A program made the translations under genes and the position numbers. The notes under the pieces were generated by a model. It saw nothing but the letters and a program-made list of their open reading frames with translations, had not been told where the DNA came from and searched no databases. This document shows, piece after piece, positions 12,924 through 27,012 of a DNA stretch of 64,000 nt. Each line of letters begins with the position of its first letter. The first letter of the stretch is position 1. The DNA is from Camelus dromedarius (Eukaryota). The stretch covers positions 61,630,001 to 61,694,000 of the forward strand of contig NC_087437.1 of NCBI RefSeq assembly GCF_036321535.1, written 5' to 3'.

Positions 12924-13795
12924 GTAAACATGATTCCTGATAACAAGCAGTCTTTATAATTACCCTGACTTTTTAAGTGGCTTTTTCACATCCATTCCTT
13001 TTATTTGTGTATTTGTAGCTTCTTCAACTCTTCTTTTAAAGACCTCTCTCCCCTTCTCATGTGACTGGAAAAAAATTATTTCTTTTGGGATTAAATTTCA
13101 GTTTCTCTCTGTTTTCAGGCTTGCAGTTAAAATATAGTGTTTTTCTCTTATGTTTATTTTGGGAGGAAACTTTACTGAAGACAGTTTACCTGGAATAGAT
13201 CTTTGTTAATCTTCATTTAACCATGATCTTTTGAAGCACTATTCTCCTTCTTGAAGATTCTCTTTGTGGTCATTATTTGACCTCTTCAGGAATTCAGTGC
13301 ATTTCTTGATGTCTTCCTTTCCTTTGATCTGAAATTGTGCTTTTCAAGGGCATATAAATCAAAGTTTTCCTTATTCTGGTATTTTAAATTTTGTGATTTA
13401 AATTTTTAAAAAGTTTAATTTATAATTGTTTTTATAGTTCATTAACAAATAGAGCTCTTTCTCCTTTCTTGTGCTTCTGAGGCAGATTCTTGATTTTAGC
13501 ATTGCACTCAATATTGCTTTAGTGTGAATTACCAAATCCTAATGTTTAAATTTTAAGGGCCAGATATAAGGGAGTAATGACTTTGATTTTCTAGAAATCT
13601 ATTATGTTATCTAAGAAGAGCTTTCATCTCTGAATGATGATATCAGTTAAGTGGTTTGCTATCTTGTTTCTTACCATCTTATGTTCTTTTCTTTACTCCT
13701 GTCACTTACCATTTCAGTAGTTTTCTTTCTGATCTTGCTTTCATATGAGATATCTTTCCCATTGGTTCATTTCAGACTTAAAAGAACATGTAAAT

Positions 13796-14124
13796 CTGTG
13801 CTATCTAGTATGGTAGCCACTTGCCACATGTAGCTGTTGAGCACTTGAAATGTGGCTTTTCTGAATTGAGATGTACTTTGAGTGTAAAATGCATATCAGA
13901 TTTTGAAGCCTTTCTGTAAGAAAAATAATATAAAATACCAGTAATACTTTATATTGATTATATGTTATAATGATAATATTTTAGATACATTGAACAAAAT
14001 AAAATATATTATTAAAATTAATGTCACCTTTTCTTTTGACATTTTTATGTAGCAGCTAGATAATTTAAAATTACATACGTGGTTCACTTTTGTGGCTTGC
14101 ATTCCATTTCTTTTGGACAGTGCT
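13796..14124. mobile_element. MER33/MER3-like hAT-Charlie fossil
   Basis: atggtagccacttgccacatgtagctgttgagcacttgaaatgtggct core. Ends ttggacagtgctg. Confidence 0.72.
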
Positions 14125-15232
14125 GGTCTAGATATTATGAAAAAGTAATGTAGCTTTCTTGGGTAATAGCTATAAATGAACCATTATTTAGTCACACAAG
14201 TTGTAGCACACTGGAAAAAATTCATTTATGTACCTATTTATATAACTCCAGTAGCTGAAAACTCATTTTTATATCAGCTGCAGTTATAGAATTATTTAGA
14301 AATAATTGAATTGGAAAACTAAATTGAGAAATAGACTTCTTCAAATGTATGCACTATTTCCAGCAGCAGCAACTTTTAGACAATCTGTAGTAATGGCTTG
14401 GGGTTAACAAATTTCTGTAGAAAACATCTTAGTAGCAAGTTTTTCTTCCTACTGTGCCATTTTAACTGGCTTTTTAAAATAGTTATTTTTTAAACTTAAA
14501 AAAAAAAAAGGAATATCCCCAAATGTATTTGAAGGAATAATGATGTGGCTATATCTTATTTATATGCCTCTCCTCAACCCTTGAGAAGCAAAAATTTCTC
14601 AAATGATTCCCTTCCATCCGCAAACTGTTACAAAATATCTGTAATACTGACCTCTAGAAGATAATTTTCTATATAGGAAAATTACAGTTATGGGGAAAAG
14701 TAGCCAATATCTATTTCTTTATCACCAAGTCCACTTTTCTCATATTCTTTCAATTTTATTTTGAGCTGATTGTGTTAGGTTTTCTGCCTCCCAACTCCTT
14801 AAAGAGATATTTGATTAAGCCCCAAACCTAAAAAATGCAAAAAAAAAAACCAAAAAACAAAAAACCCCAAAAGAAAATATACCCTCTGATGTTAAAATAT
14901 TATTCTTCCTTTCTTTGTCTTACAAACTCAAACTATCTTGTTTAAAATAGTCAAGAGCTATCCAAAGAAAAAAGAAATATTAGAGGTCTATATCCCAATA
15001 ATTACCTTCAATTATTATGTTCTTTAGTGAATTAGGACTAAAATTTTTTCTGTAGCCTATATTTGTGGGTGGCCATGGACTAAATAATAAAGACTTATAT
15101 AATTTAAACTTCTCATTCCTCCCACTGTAAGAATAGAAAATCTTAGGGGAAAGGAAATACTGCAGTTTGATGTCTTTTGTTGGCTACCTAATTTGAATGT
15201 TTTTTCCTTGTGTGTGTGTGTCATATGGACAG

Positions 15233-15381
15233 TGGAACATGATCTGGATCAGATTGACTACATTGACAGCTGTACTGCAGAGGAAGAAGAGGATGAGGTG
15301 AGACCACCCAAGGGCCTGGACTCAGACAGCCTTAGTTCACAGTTTATGGCCTATATTGAACAACGGCGGATCTCTCATGAG
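15233..15381 (+). CDS. LRCH3: LRCH3 internal exon (acidic stretch)
   Basis: ggacag/…/gtagta. 149 nt. (V)EHDLDQIDYIDSCTAEEEEDEVRPPKGLDSDSLSSQFMAYIEQRRISHE. Lies within ORF 15193..15423. Confidence 0.95.
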
Positions 15382-16248
15382 GTAGTACACACATTTAAGC
15401 CTAAATTTGTTGCTGTCCCCTAGTAAAAGTAGTTTATAACAGTGTAAATTTCTGTCCTATCAATGATACGTTGGTTAGACCTAATTATTTGTTTTATTAT
15501 ATTTAGTTCCAGTTTTATTAGTGAGTTTTTCAGATTTGTTTTTAAAATCAGACAATAGTCTCAGGTAGAGTTTAGGTTTATTTTTCAAATAAACAGATTT
15601 CAGAATTTTGAAGAAGGAATGAAAGGAGTCCTAAGTAAAATGCAAAGGAATATGATGCTTTTCATTGTTGTTCTGTTTGCTTTTTTTTATTGTTATTAAC
15701 TGGTAAATCATAGTTTGATCTGTAATTAAGAATTGAAGCAAACTGCTAACTTTTAAAGCACATACAAACTTAACCATAGAATTTTATGATGAGCTTAATT
15801 ATATTGATCCTTTTATACTAAATCACACAGAATGTAAATTGTTTGCCATTAAAATTCTTTGGTGTCTCTTATAGTGGAGCATTGAGTTGCCTTAGAAAAC
15901 AAATGAGCATTCAGCCCACTGCAGAGTATCTGCCAATTCTCCAAGGGTCTCAAGTAGAAATAGCATTCTTCAGTGTGTCTAGTCAGCATAATATAATGGC
16001 TCCACTTCAGTGTATGATGTTAATGTCTGGAGTCCGTCCCAGGCTCTGAGCAGGGGTTATTTGAGAAACACTTGGAGCCTTTTTGGAGAATGATGTATTT
16101 AGTCTTTTAGAAATAGCAAATAATCACTGAGAGTGGGATATGTTATGGAGTTATTATCATTCTTTTAAAAAAATCCCTTGGTTTTCTATCTGAACACAGT
16201 ATTTTTTGTTGGGGGTTCAGAGACACTCTTGTATTTAAAGTTGGATAA

Positions 16249-17082
16249 AGTAGTCCCCGCCTTGTATGTGGGGGATATGATCCAAGACCTCCAGTGGATG
16301 CCTAAAACCAGGCATGATACGGAGCCCTATATGTACTGTGTTTTTTCCTGTACATACATACCTGTGGTAAAGTTTAATTTGTAAGTTAGGCACAGTTAAA
16401 GATTAAGAATAATAATAATAAAATGGAACAATTATAACAATATATGATAATAAAAGCTATGTGAATATGGTCTCTCTTAAAATACCTTATTGTAAAAATT
16501 TAATTTCTCTTCCATCTTAGCTAAGCATTTATCATACACTGTGCTGTAACTTTTGCAGTTTGAAATGCGACAGCAAAATTAGCATTTTTCCTTATTCACA
16601 ATTTCATGAATAGAAGATTTGTTCTTATCATAGATCTTACCTCAGGATACATTTTTTTTTCTTTCCCTATTAAGTCAAGAACTTTCATCTTCTCACTTAA
16701 AGGAAGCACTTTACGGCTTCTCTTCAGCATATTCAAATTGCCAATGTCACTACTCTTGCACTTGGGGCCATTATTAGTAAAATAGCATCACTTGAACACA
16801 AGCACTACCGTACCATGACAGTTGATCAGATAACCGAGACTAATCCATCCAGTGACTAAGAGACTAAAAGGCGGGATACACTGGATAAAGGGATGATTCA
16901 CATCCCAGGTGTGACGGAGCCGGCCAGCATGAGGTTTCATCACACTGCTCAGAATGATGTGCATAATAAACCTTTTGAATTGTTTATTTCTGACACTTTT
17001 CACTTAATATTTTCAGACCATGGTTGACTGTGGTTGACTGAAACCTCAAAAAATGAAACCAGCAGATAAAGTGGATTGTTGT
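16249..17082 (-). mobile_element. MER44/Tigger7-like TcMar DNA transposon fossil
   Basis: Degenerate TIRs agtagtccccgcctt… and …gataaagtggattgttg, with typical subterminal motifs. Confidence 0.72.
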
Positions 17083-17593
17083 AAATCAAAGTCCTGCAGC
17101 CTAGAGATAGCAGTGTGTACTAGTGATAAATGAAACCACTTGTGGTTCAGGCTGTAAGCATTTCTGCTGGAGCAAAGGGCAACTGCTTCTGCAATAAAAT
17201 TTATATCAACAATGCACAGTATAATCTTAAAGGGAATCCTTTTTCTTTTCTTGTGGTCTTTCTCTTTGACCATTTTATGGTTAATTAGGCTGTGTAGATG
17301 AAGTATTTCTACTAGAAGTGAAAATACTACTGGTGAAGAATTTAAAATGTATGTTTATCCATTATATTGGGTATTTTGTAATATGTTTTTTTGATTCCAT
17401 CTATGTGTTATGTATAGTAGTCTTTATGATTCTGTGTCTTAAGGCTCTTTATGACTTGTGTCAAGGCTGTCTGGGCATCTACAAAAATAAGATGAAGCAA
17501 TATTTTATTTCTTTATTTGTTGTCAGGAACTTTGAGGCTCTGGATCTGTGTGTGTGTGTAGATACGTATACACACACACACATATAATACATG

Positions 17594-17850
17594 TTTTAAT
17601 TGAAGCATAGTTGCTGTACAATATTATATAAGCTACAGGTTTACAACATAGTGATTCACAATTTCTAAAGGTTATACTCCATTTATAGCGATTATAGAAT
17701 ATTGGCCATATTCCCTGTGCTGTACAGTATATCCTTGTAGCTTATTTTTTACCTAATAGTTTGTACCTCTTACCCCTCTGCCCCTATATTGATCCTACCT
17801 GCTTCTTTCTCCCCACTGGTAACCACTAGTTGTTCTCTATATCTGTGGGT
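17594..17850 (-). mobile_element. L1 3'UTR fragment
   Basis: ttttaattgaagcatagttg…tacaatattata…ccccactggtaaccactag. Confidence 0.78.
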
Positions 17851-19257
17851 TGAAGCAATATTATTTTAAATGGTTTAATAACCAGTGAAAAAATGTTTTT
17901 TAATATTCTTGAATACTATCTAAACATAGTTGTTAAACTATTTGAGATTTTAAACACTCTGCTATTGTTTACTTTTATTATCATACCTCTTACATACATA
18001 GAAATATTGTGGTAAAATAGGGTATGGCATATTGATAGAATATGAAACATTTATTTTTAAAGTTAAACCAATGTTACATTCATTTTGTTATGAAAATTTC
18101 ACATACCTCTTGCAGTAGTTTTAGGTAATTGCACTATTGTAAAACCAGGGTGATAGGTTACTGATGTGAACATACCAGGAGAGATTTTTGTTTATTTAAA
18201 AAGTCACATTCACTGAAATTAGAATAATTATTCTCTCATCAAGATCCCAGAATTGTATCTCATTTAATATGATCCTTGTGCCCAGACCTTATGGGAGTCA
18301 GTTTTAGCCCTTCGGAATAACTCACCAGATTTTCTAGTTATGTGTGATGTACCTATTTCTTGGAGATAAATTACAAATAGATTGACATTTGTTTCTTAGA
18401 TTTTTTTTTTTTGGATAAGTTGTTTTCTTTGCCTTCAGGAATACCCATTTTGATGATTATTTTGGGTGTTGAAATACGATTGTATTGCTTCTCATTTGTA
18501 TTCTTCTCATTGTACTGATTCTCATTTGACAAAATACATGCTGTGATAACCTATGAGCCTCTATCTTTGATTTATAATTTTATTTTTTCAGTATATAGTT
18601 CATATAGCTTAAACCAGTTTGATTTTCTTCAGTAATGTTTTTTGAAATGAACTTTTACTTTTCAGTTTATAAATAATTTGCCAATATTTCTCTTTTAATT
18701 AATACCATATTTTACTGTAAATAGAAGTTACTTTTTGCCTTATCTTGATATTTATTCCATCAACATCCTCAGGACTATTTATATGACTAATATAGGTAAC
18801 AATTTATGGTAATGAAGAAGTAAAGAAATGTAATCAGCCCAATGAACTTTCCCTATTACTAGAAATATTCAAGAGAGACTGAGCAAAAGTCAGGGTAAGG
18901 TTGGTAGGAATTCCTGTTCTAGATGGAAGTTTGTACTAAATGACCTCTAAGATCCTTTCCAACTTTAACCTCTTACCATTCAGTAAATATTACTGTATGG
19001 TCATTATAATTTACATAATACAGTAAGAAGGAAATCTACTTTTTAAAAAATGTTTTCTATTGTGAATGGTTCTGTGTTTACCAAAGCAGTAATATGGCCT
19101 ATAATGCTTTTAAACATAAAAATTCACATCTGAAGATTCTGTTAAAATATTTTTAGCATAATATACAGGTCCCTAAATGCCAAGGTGAATGTGAACTGTA
19201 ATTACAGTTTTCTGAATATTTATGTTAAATTGATTCATTTTTCTTTTTTTCGCCTAG

Positions 19258-19334
19258 ACATCACCAATCAAGCCAGTACCCATGAGGGAGTTTCAAAAAA
19301 CAGAAGACATGAGAAGATACTTACATCAAAACAG
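19258..19334 (+). CDS. LRCH3: LRCH3 internal exon
   Basis: cctag/…/gtttga. 77 nt. TSPIKPVPMREFQKTEDMRRYLHQN(R). Confidence 0.92.
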
Positions 19335-21749
19335 GTTTGAAAACTGATTCTACTCATTTGTTTCTGTCTTAAAACTCAGTAATAAGAGCGTGAAATGATG
19401 TTGCTTTGTGTAGATCTATATATAATAAAGATGTTTAGATACTGTGCGTTTTAAGTACAATGTAAAAGAGCTAAGTGAGAAGTGCCTTTGTACTCATGTA
19501 ATAGAAAAAGATGTAAAATTGATTTATTAGATTCTAAATTCAGATCACCTAAATTACCTGTATAATTATCTGATTTGAAGGTACTTCATAGCAATGAGAT
19601 TTTATGGTGATATGTCTGGATTTATGCATAAAGAGAGCTAAATGAATTTCAGGAGTCCTGAAATTTTTTCTCCCTTAAACTTTCGATTAGATAACAGAGT
19701 GGTAGACAGAGACAGCAATCTATTTCTGATTCCTATCTCAAGTAAAGTGATCTTTTATCTACAATTAGTGCCTTACAGAATATTTCTAAAATTAGCTTGA
19801 CCATTTAGAGCACTGCTTCTTATTCTTGAATTCCAAAACATTTCTTGCCATACACTGTGTCACAATAGTTCAGAAATTCCCAGCCTTTGATTTTTTTTTT
19901 GCTTCCTCTCTGTTTTTATGAAGTCTTAAAACTTGATATGCCTATTCTGAGATAACAGTAAATTTACTGTGTAGAAAATGTCATACATAATTCTTATACT
20001 TGACAGGATATTAAAGTTGTTGAGGAGACTAAGTTATAGGTGGATAAAGAAAATGTGGGGAGAATAATGAAAGAAAGAAATCTCATAACTTGGCCTTCTT
20101 ATAGTCTTACCAGTTAGTTCATGGTGATTCAGTTACATTTCATGTCTTTGAAATATATCTCAACATGGCTTTTTAGTTGCCATGTCTCCTTATACTGAAG
20201 TTGTGGTCATTTGAGATTCCAATTTCATATAGGGATTTCTTGTTACGTTTCCCCATATTCAGTGGACCTAGGCTTTATCTTTTGTTCCTCTTACCTCCTG
20301 CATCCATCATAAGTGAAGCTCAAGATCTCCAGGATATAGTACACACCCTCAAGGTGAAAGCCAGCTTTCCTCATTAATTCCCTTATGTACTAATTTTCTA
20401 ATGCTTGTGTAACAAATTACCACAAATTTAGCAGCTTAAAGTACCCCTGTTTATTGTAATACAGTTCTGTAGAATAGAAGTTTGGGTAGGCTTGCCTTAA
20501 TCCTCTGCTTAGGGCCTTGCAGAGCTCACTCTCTGCTACCATATGGAACCATACTTCTGGTACTCAGCAAGCCCCATCACCCAGATGTAATATCCAGGCT
20601 CCAAGCCTTGAAATTCTTGCTCTGCCAGCACTGGGGGAGTCTTCTCTTTTCTGAAATTGTGCCTTTCAGACCTAGGAATTTTCCATTTGTATTTACAGTC
20701 ACCTCCTATTAAGTGAAAGGCCTTGGATTCAAAATCAGTCGTGACTAATTCTAAAATCCATGTTTTTAACCACTGTACTGTTCTTCTTCTCCAAGACTAG
20801 TACATGGTACTGAAATAACTTATCTCTCCTTTATTGGTTATATCCCAGTTAAAAATCTTACCCTACCAACCCACTCTCCTCCTCTTATCTTAAAAGCTTT
20901 TGACTGAGGATGTACTGATTAGGAGTGCTAGGGTAAAGGTTAGTTAGCAAGAGTTAGTAGAAAGTTAAGGAAATTTTTTCCCAGCTTTAATGTTGTTTTA
21001 AACCTCATATAGGAAGTTATTAAGTAATTTATTCTGTTCCTTTTAAAAATTATAAACCTAATTCATCCTGTCAAAAGTTTTTTTTTTTTTATAATGTCTA
21101 GAAATTTTTTTTAAAAAGAATTTTGTAAATACTTCAAAGATTTGGAACCAATATAAGAAAAAAAAAAGTGGAGCAAAAGAGAACAATAGAATAGCTTAAG
21201 TTTTTATTTTCTTACATTTTTAAAATTCAGGAAAGTATAAGGTAGACCTTATTCAACCGTATACAATAGGAAATAGTACTACTTCTCAGGGGATATTTGA
21301 AAAATGTGTGTTGTGGGACTTGGTTGCCAAAATGACTACAGATGTTACTGGCAGGCATTAAGGTTAAACTACATATAATGTTCAAGTACCACAAAAGAAT
21401 TATCTGAAGTGTCAGTGATTCTTCCATTGAGAAACATATTCATAGATGAAAAGGTCATGCAACATGAAGTAACATGGCGACACAAGGAGTAACAAAGCTG
21501 TAATGGGCCAACATTACTGCTTGTTGATTGGCCGGGGGGGAACTGTCAGTTCTCAAATTTCTCCTTGACTGCCACTTTTATTTTCTCATATGCCATGCGT
21601 CCCTCTTTGCTTCCATCTTTAACTTTTCACAGTTTATAGTTTTTGCCATCTCTTTTTGCATGTATACCCATATGCTTTTAAATCTCTGTGCTCTCCCTTT
21701 CTCCTTCCTAGATTCTGTGGCTGTAGAGTGGGGAGATATAAAGCACTAA

Positions 21750-22140
21750 ACTACAAGTAAAGTAGCTTGAATTCTAATCCAGGCTCTGCTAGTAAATATC
21801 AACTATCAGTTAACCTCTGAGGGCCTCAGTTTTCTCATTTGTAGAATTAGTGGCTTGGACTCCATGATTTCTGAGGTCTCTTCCAGTTCCCAGTTGCATA
21901 CCAAGTAGTTACAGAGTACAAATCAAATAGATAAGAATTCAGATCCAGCTCCAAAAGTTACTGGCTACATCAACTTGAGAAAGTTACTTAATGTCCATGC
22001 CTCAGCTTCTCAACTGCAGAAAAAGGATTATAATTGTTCTTACTCCATAAGACTGTTGTGAGGGGTAATTGAGAAATACTGTTAATATAAAGTACTTCAC
22101 AGGGCATATGTATGTAGTATATGGTAATAGCTCAAGGAAT
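21750..22140. mobile_element. MIR fragments
   Basis: Two copies of the MIR core (gcctcagttttctcatttgtagaat; gcctcagcttctcaactgcag). Confidence 0.6.
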
Positions 22141-23240
22141 ATTAGTTTCTATATGCCTCTGAAAAATATTGTCCAAGAAAAGACACAAATCATAGTTGAT
22201 AAATGCAAAACAAATATTGATAATACATGTACATCAAAGAAAAATAAGATTCTAAAAAAGACCCTTTCTAACAAGATCTCCATCGATTGGGTCTTTGGAA
22301 AAGGCTTGAACTCAGGAATTAATATTTGATAACTGAAGAGATCTTACTAGAGAAAAGATTCCATACAGGGTGTGTTTATTAAATAGAGTCAGAGTTGTAA
22401 ATGCCAGGTTAAAGAATTTGTATTATTATTATGTTAGATAATAAGAAACCACTGTAGCTTTGGGGGATGTGTTTTTATTTCCCTGATAACAGACTAAGTT
22501 AATGCATTTACATCAACCTGACAGTCTAATAATCATAGTTTAAACTTTCAGGTCCTAAATGTCAAAAAGTCATTGCTCCAACATTGTTAGTTTATGAGAC
22601 ACTAAATGAAGTTCAGGAAAAGGATAAGTACCAGAGTATAAGAATTAACACTGATAAAACTGAGAAGCAAGTTTTTTATTGTTAATTTTTTTTAAGCATC
22701 AAGTCAGATTTCATTGTTTTTAATCAAAAAAAAAAAACCTTTACTTTTGTTACTAAAATTGCTTCTTCAATTAAAAATGGGAATAAGGTTGCTTTACAAG
22801 TACAGTTACCAGGTTCTGTAGTTTTCCAGATTTTTGTTGGTAAAATGGCTTTGTATATAAAATGACCTCCATTTACATGTATCTTGTTTCAGTCATGGTA
22901 GTAAAGAAGATTATAGTTCCATGTGCTATAAAGAAATGATACTGTTTGAAAAGTGATCTCAAATAACTGTATTATCAGCACTGGCTGACATAGACAGTGT
23001 TTAGCTGTCAGTAGCTTGATCAGTGATACCATCACATGAAATGTGAGTGGGAGACATCAGGTGTTCCTGTGCTTAATTTAATGACTTGGGCTCAAGTTTA
23101 CAAATGCAGTTGGTCTTTCAGTGCTGACCAGACAATTTGCCTACTGATTAATAGAAAACCATATTAACAATAAAATTTTACTTGTCTTTTATCTTCCTGT
23201 CTGCCTTATCAAAGAGTTCTTTCTTTCTTTTTTGGGTCAG

Positions 23241-23289
23241 GGTTCCAGTTGAGCCATCTCTCTTGTCACTATCACCAAGTCACAATCAG
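23241..23289 (+). CDS. LRCH3: LRCH3 internal exon
   Basis: gtcag/…/gtaaaa. 49 nt. VPVEPSLLSLSPSHNQ. Restores frame between flanking exons. Confidence 0.9.
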
Positions 23290-23677
23290 GTAAAAAAAAA
23301 TTTTTTTTTCAGTTTTAGTTTTTTTTCTAAGATGGTTTTCTTCTTTTATAATACTTAAATTATGGTTAATTGCCAAATATCTATAAATTTCACTACCTGT
23401 CTCTGATTGTACAGTTAATATAATATGTGCACCTGGTACTTGCTAATAGTGTTTTTAGACACCAGACAGAAAATACTCACCCACATGATGGCTTTATGAT
23501 ACCTATAAGAAAATAGTGCAAAGATGGGAAAAGATTAGCAATCACATCTGAAATAGTGCTAGGTGACTGCAAAGTAAATGTTGCTTGGGTTTGCAGTAGT
23601 TCTCCAAATTGATAAAGAATATTAATAAGTTGATCTTTATCCCTACTTGCGTGTACAAAATGATACTTTTGTTCCAG

Positions 23678-23827
23678 TTATCACATACAGACTTGGAACT
23701 TCATCGGAGAAGAGAACAATTAGTAGAACGAACTCGGAGAGAGGCACAGCTTGCTGCCCTACAGTATGAGGAGGAGAAAATAAGGACCAAGCAGATTCAG
23801 AGAGATGCTGTCATGGACTTTGTCAAG
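23678..23827 (+). CDS. LRCH3: LRCH3 internal exon (coiled-coil-like)
   Basis: ttccag/…/gtgagt. 150 nt. LSHTDLELHRRREQLVERTRREAQLAALQYEEEKIRTKQIQRDAVMDFVK. Confidence 0.95.
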
Positions 23828-24621
23828 GTGAGTCCTTTGGATTCATTGAATGATATTCCTAAAGTTTCTCAGAAGTAGTGCTTTTGTTTTCTTAGGCTAT
23901 CAGTTTTTATTGTCGTAATGGAAAAAAAAAAGAGTTGACATTTTAATTATAAGAAATCTTGAGCAGCGGGTATAACTGTTTCCTACTTGTGACTAGATTA
24001 ATTGTCTTCATGCAGATAGGCTTGAGGACAATCAGAAGTGACTGATCTTGCTTTTAGGACAGTGATACTCTCTTACCCTTAATTAGCTGTGTGTCATTAG
24101 ACATTATCACCTTACTGTCCATCTGCGTTTCCTCAACCTTGAGTGCATCATGTAGGTGAAAGAGCTATGTAAACCGCAAAGTGCCCACGCAAGTGTAAAC
24201 TGTTGTTATCAGAACCTGTCTCTGACTTCCTTACTCTAGTGAATACCAAAAATTTGCAGGGCTCACAGGCTTAATACTTTACAGCAATCTCTGAATCTTT
24301 GACTTTTCCTTTCTGTTCTCTCCACACCTACTCAGTTAACAGCCCTCGTTAATACTTTTTTTTTTTTTTAACATTTTGCAGCCTCTGTAGTTGCCCTAAA
24401 CCTGATTTTCTTTTTTACCTGTATTATTTAAGTCTTTTGTTCTGAAGTTACCTTGGATTATTTCTTTATAGTTAAATAATTATTTGTATTTTTGTTTGTT
24501 TAATATCTGTCTCTCTCATTTATCTGTAAACTCCATAAAGACGGGGACCGTATCTGTCTTGTTTATTCACTGCTGTATCCCTAGATCTCAAGATCATTGG
24601 TCTTAGCTAGTAGTAAAGCCC

Positions 24622-24683
24622 AATAAATACTTTTTAAATAAATGATTAAACAAATAAATACTTTTTAAATAAATGATTAAACA
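24622..24683. repeat. Perfect 31-bp tandem duplication at the 3' end of an L2 fragment
   Basis: aataaatactttttaaataaatgattaaaca occurs twice (24622-24652, 24653-24683). Confidence 0.92.
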
Positions 24684-24904
24684 ATTAAATCATTCAGCCT
24701 CTAAATACTTTCTCTCTGTGTTTCATAACTCTAGCCAAAGTATATCTTCTTTAAGTACCATACACATGATAAATTCTCTTATTTTTTTCAAATATATCAA
24801 GCCCATGATGATGATCTCTGATGCTCAGAGAGGGTAACAGTTTGCCTCAGTTTAAATACTCAGCTAGTAAGTGGCAGAGCAAAGATTCTAATCAAGACAG
24901 GCTT

Positions 24905-25460
24905 AACAGAAAATGGAAAAGAACTGATGGAAAATAAACAGTTTCTTTTTTTTAAAGTCTAGGTGGTAACTAGACTTATCATGGTAATCATTTGTAATGT
25001 ATAGAAATATCAAGTCACTGTATTGTGCACCAGGGACTAACATAGTGTTTTAGGTCAATTATTTGTCATAAACAAACAGACAAACTAATAGGAAAAAAGA
25101 AGTCAGATTTGTGGTTACAAGAGGCAGGGCGTAGGGAAGGGGAATTGGATGAAGGTGGTCAAAAGGTACACATTTCCAGTTACAAGACAAATAAGAACCA
25201 GGGATGTAATATACAACATGTATGTTAGATATAAAGGTTGTTAAGAGAGTAAATCCTGAGTTCTCATCATCTCATCATTTTTTTCTTTTTCTTTTATTTT
25301 GTATCTATATGAGATAGTGGATATTTACTAAACTTATTACAGTAATCATTTCATGATTTACATAAGTCAAATCATTATTCTGTATACCTGAAATTTATGC
25401 CATGCTGTATGTCAATTATATCTCAATAAAACTGGAAAGGGGAGGGAGGGAAAAAAAAAA
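24905..25460 (+). mobile_element. L1 (L1MA-like) 3'UTR inserted in a MIR
   Basis: Ends tgtcaattatatctcaataaaactgg plus A-tail. Flanked by gacaggct on both sides. Confidence 0.72.
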
Positions 25461-26961
25461 GGACAGGCTGGCTCCAAACCCTGGTCTATGACCACAATGC
25501 TAAACTAACTCTCAGTAAACAATAGTGGCTAACACATACTGTCCTAAGTGATGTTCTACACATTTTACATAAATTAACTCATTTAGCTTGCCTTCTGTAG
25601 AAGTCAGATAACTAATAAGAGATAATTACATTGTAGATAGCATTGATTAAATGTCAAATTAGGGTTTGATCTTGATCAGTTAGGCAGAAGGGAATAGTTT
25701 TAAATTCTTAAGCAGGAGAAAAACATGAGAGGACAGATACTTCAGAAAAACTAATCTACTCATGTTAGAGTATATTAGAAAGGAAGAGATAAGGAAAGAA
25801 GGAAAATGAAAAAGAGTAATTGCAGTAGTTAGACTAGGGTGCAAAATGAAGGCACATTAGATAATTTCTAAGGATTCTAAAGAAAGACAGTGTTTCCCAG
25901 TGGTAAGAGCTTAGAATCAGAAATACTTAAATTTGATTCCAGCTTTTCCACTGAGTATGTGCTTGACTTTTGTAAAGTTGGCAAACCATTCTGTACTTTT
26001 ATTTTCCTCGTAATATTTAACTATCAAATACTGACTATTTCGAAACTATTATGGATGCACCTAGTACTTTTACTAGTATGGTGTGTCCTGCACCCCCTAC
26101 TACCACTGAGTAGAAAAAAAAAAGAAGATTCCAAAGCAGAATTTTGAAGCTAAAAGAGTCATTTTAACGGGAGTTAGCTTTGTGGAAAGAATGTCCAATT
26201 TGGAGTTAGAAGACATAAATGCAAATTTCATTTATGCTACTTAACTAATTTTGTGATCTTGCCCATATCTACAACCTCTCTATCCTTGGTTCTCTCATCT
26301 TTAAAAGAATATGATTGTGATGTTTGTTTATCTCACAGTGAGAAGAATCACTTGAGATACTCTTGCCTAAGAACACATTGTAAAACATTGACTGTACAGG
26401 TGTTATAATACTATTATTTGACATAATAACAGAAACTAGCAAATTGGGGGAAAGTGCCAGTTGTTATGGGAAATTGAGTTTGTTTTTGGTTATGCTGAAC
26501 ATGAGATTACAGTGGGATTTCCAAATAGAGTATTTCCACGGTAGTTTAAAATGCAAATCTGAAATTTGGCTGATAGAAGAGGACTAAGTTTTTAGCATTA
26601 GAGTGATATTTAAAGCCATCAGTGAAAGAGAGAATAATTTCACTGAGAGAATTTAGTGAGAGATCACTACTCCTTGAATTTGTTTGTATCCATGTACATA
26701 TAAAAAATATGTTTTAAAGTTTTCTATTTATAGATGCTTATAGACATAGGAAAATACTCTTTGTCAGCTTATTGCTTTCCCTCATTTAAATTATAAGCTA
26801 TTTAAGGGAAAGGGCAACATCTTCTAACTAGTAAATCTAGAGAAGTGCTATACACAAGAGATACAGAAATTAATATGATTATTTTAATAAATAGAATTTT
26901 TCATTTCTAGTGTTCCAGACTCTAACCAACTTCCCTTTTTTGGGGGGTGGGGATTATATAG

Positions 26962-27012
26962 CAAAAAGCATCACAAAGTCCACAAAAACAACACTCCCCC
27001 TTAGATGGTGAG
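26962..27012 (+). CDS. LRCH3: LRCH3 internal exon
   Basis: atatag/…/gtaagt. 51 nt, phase 0-0. QKASQSPQKQHSPLDGE. Confidence 0.9.
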
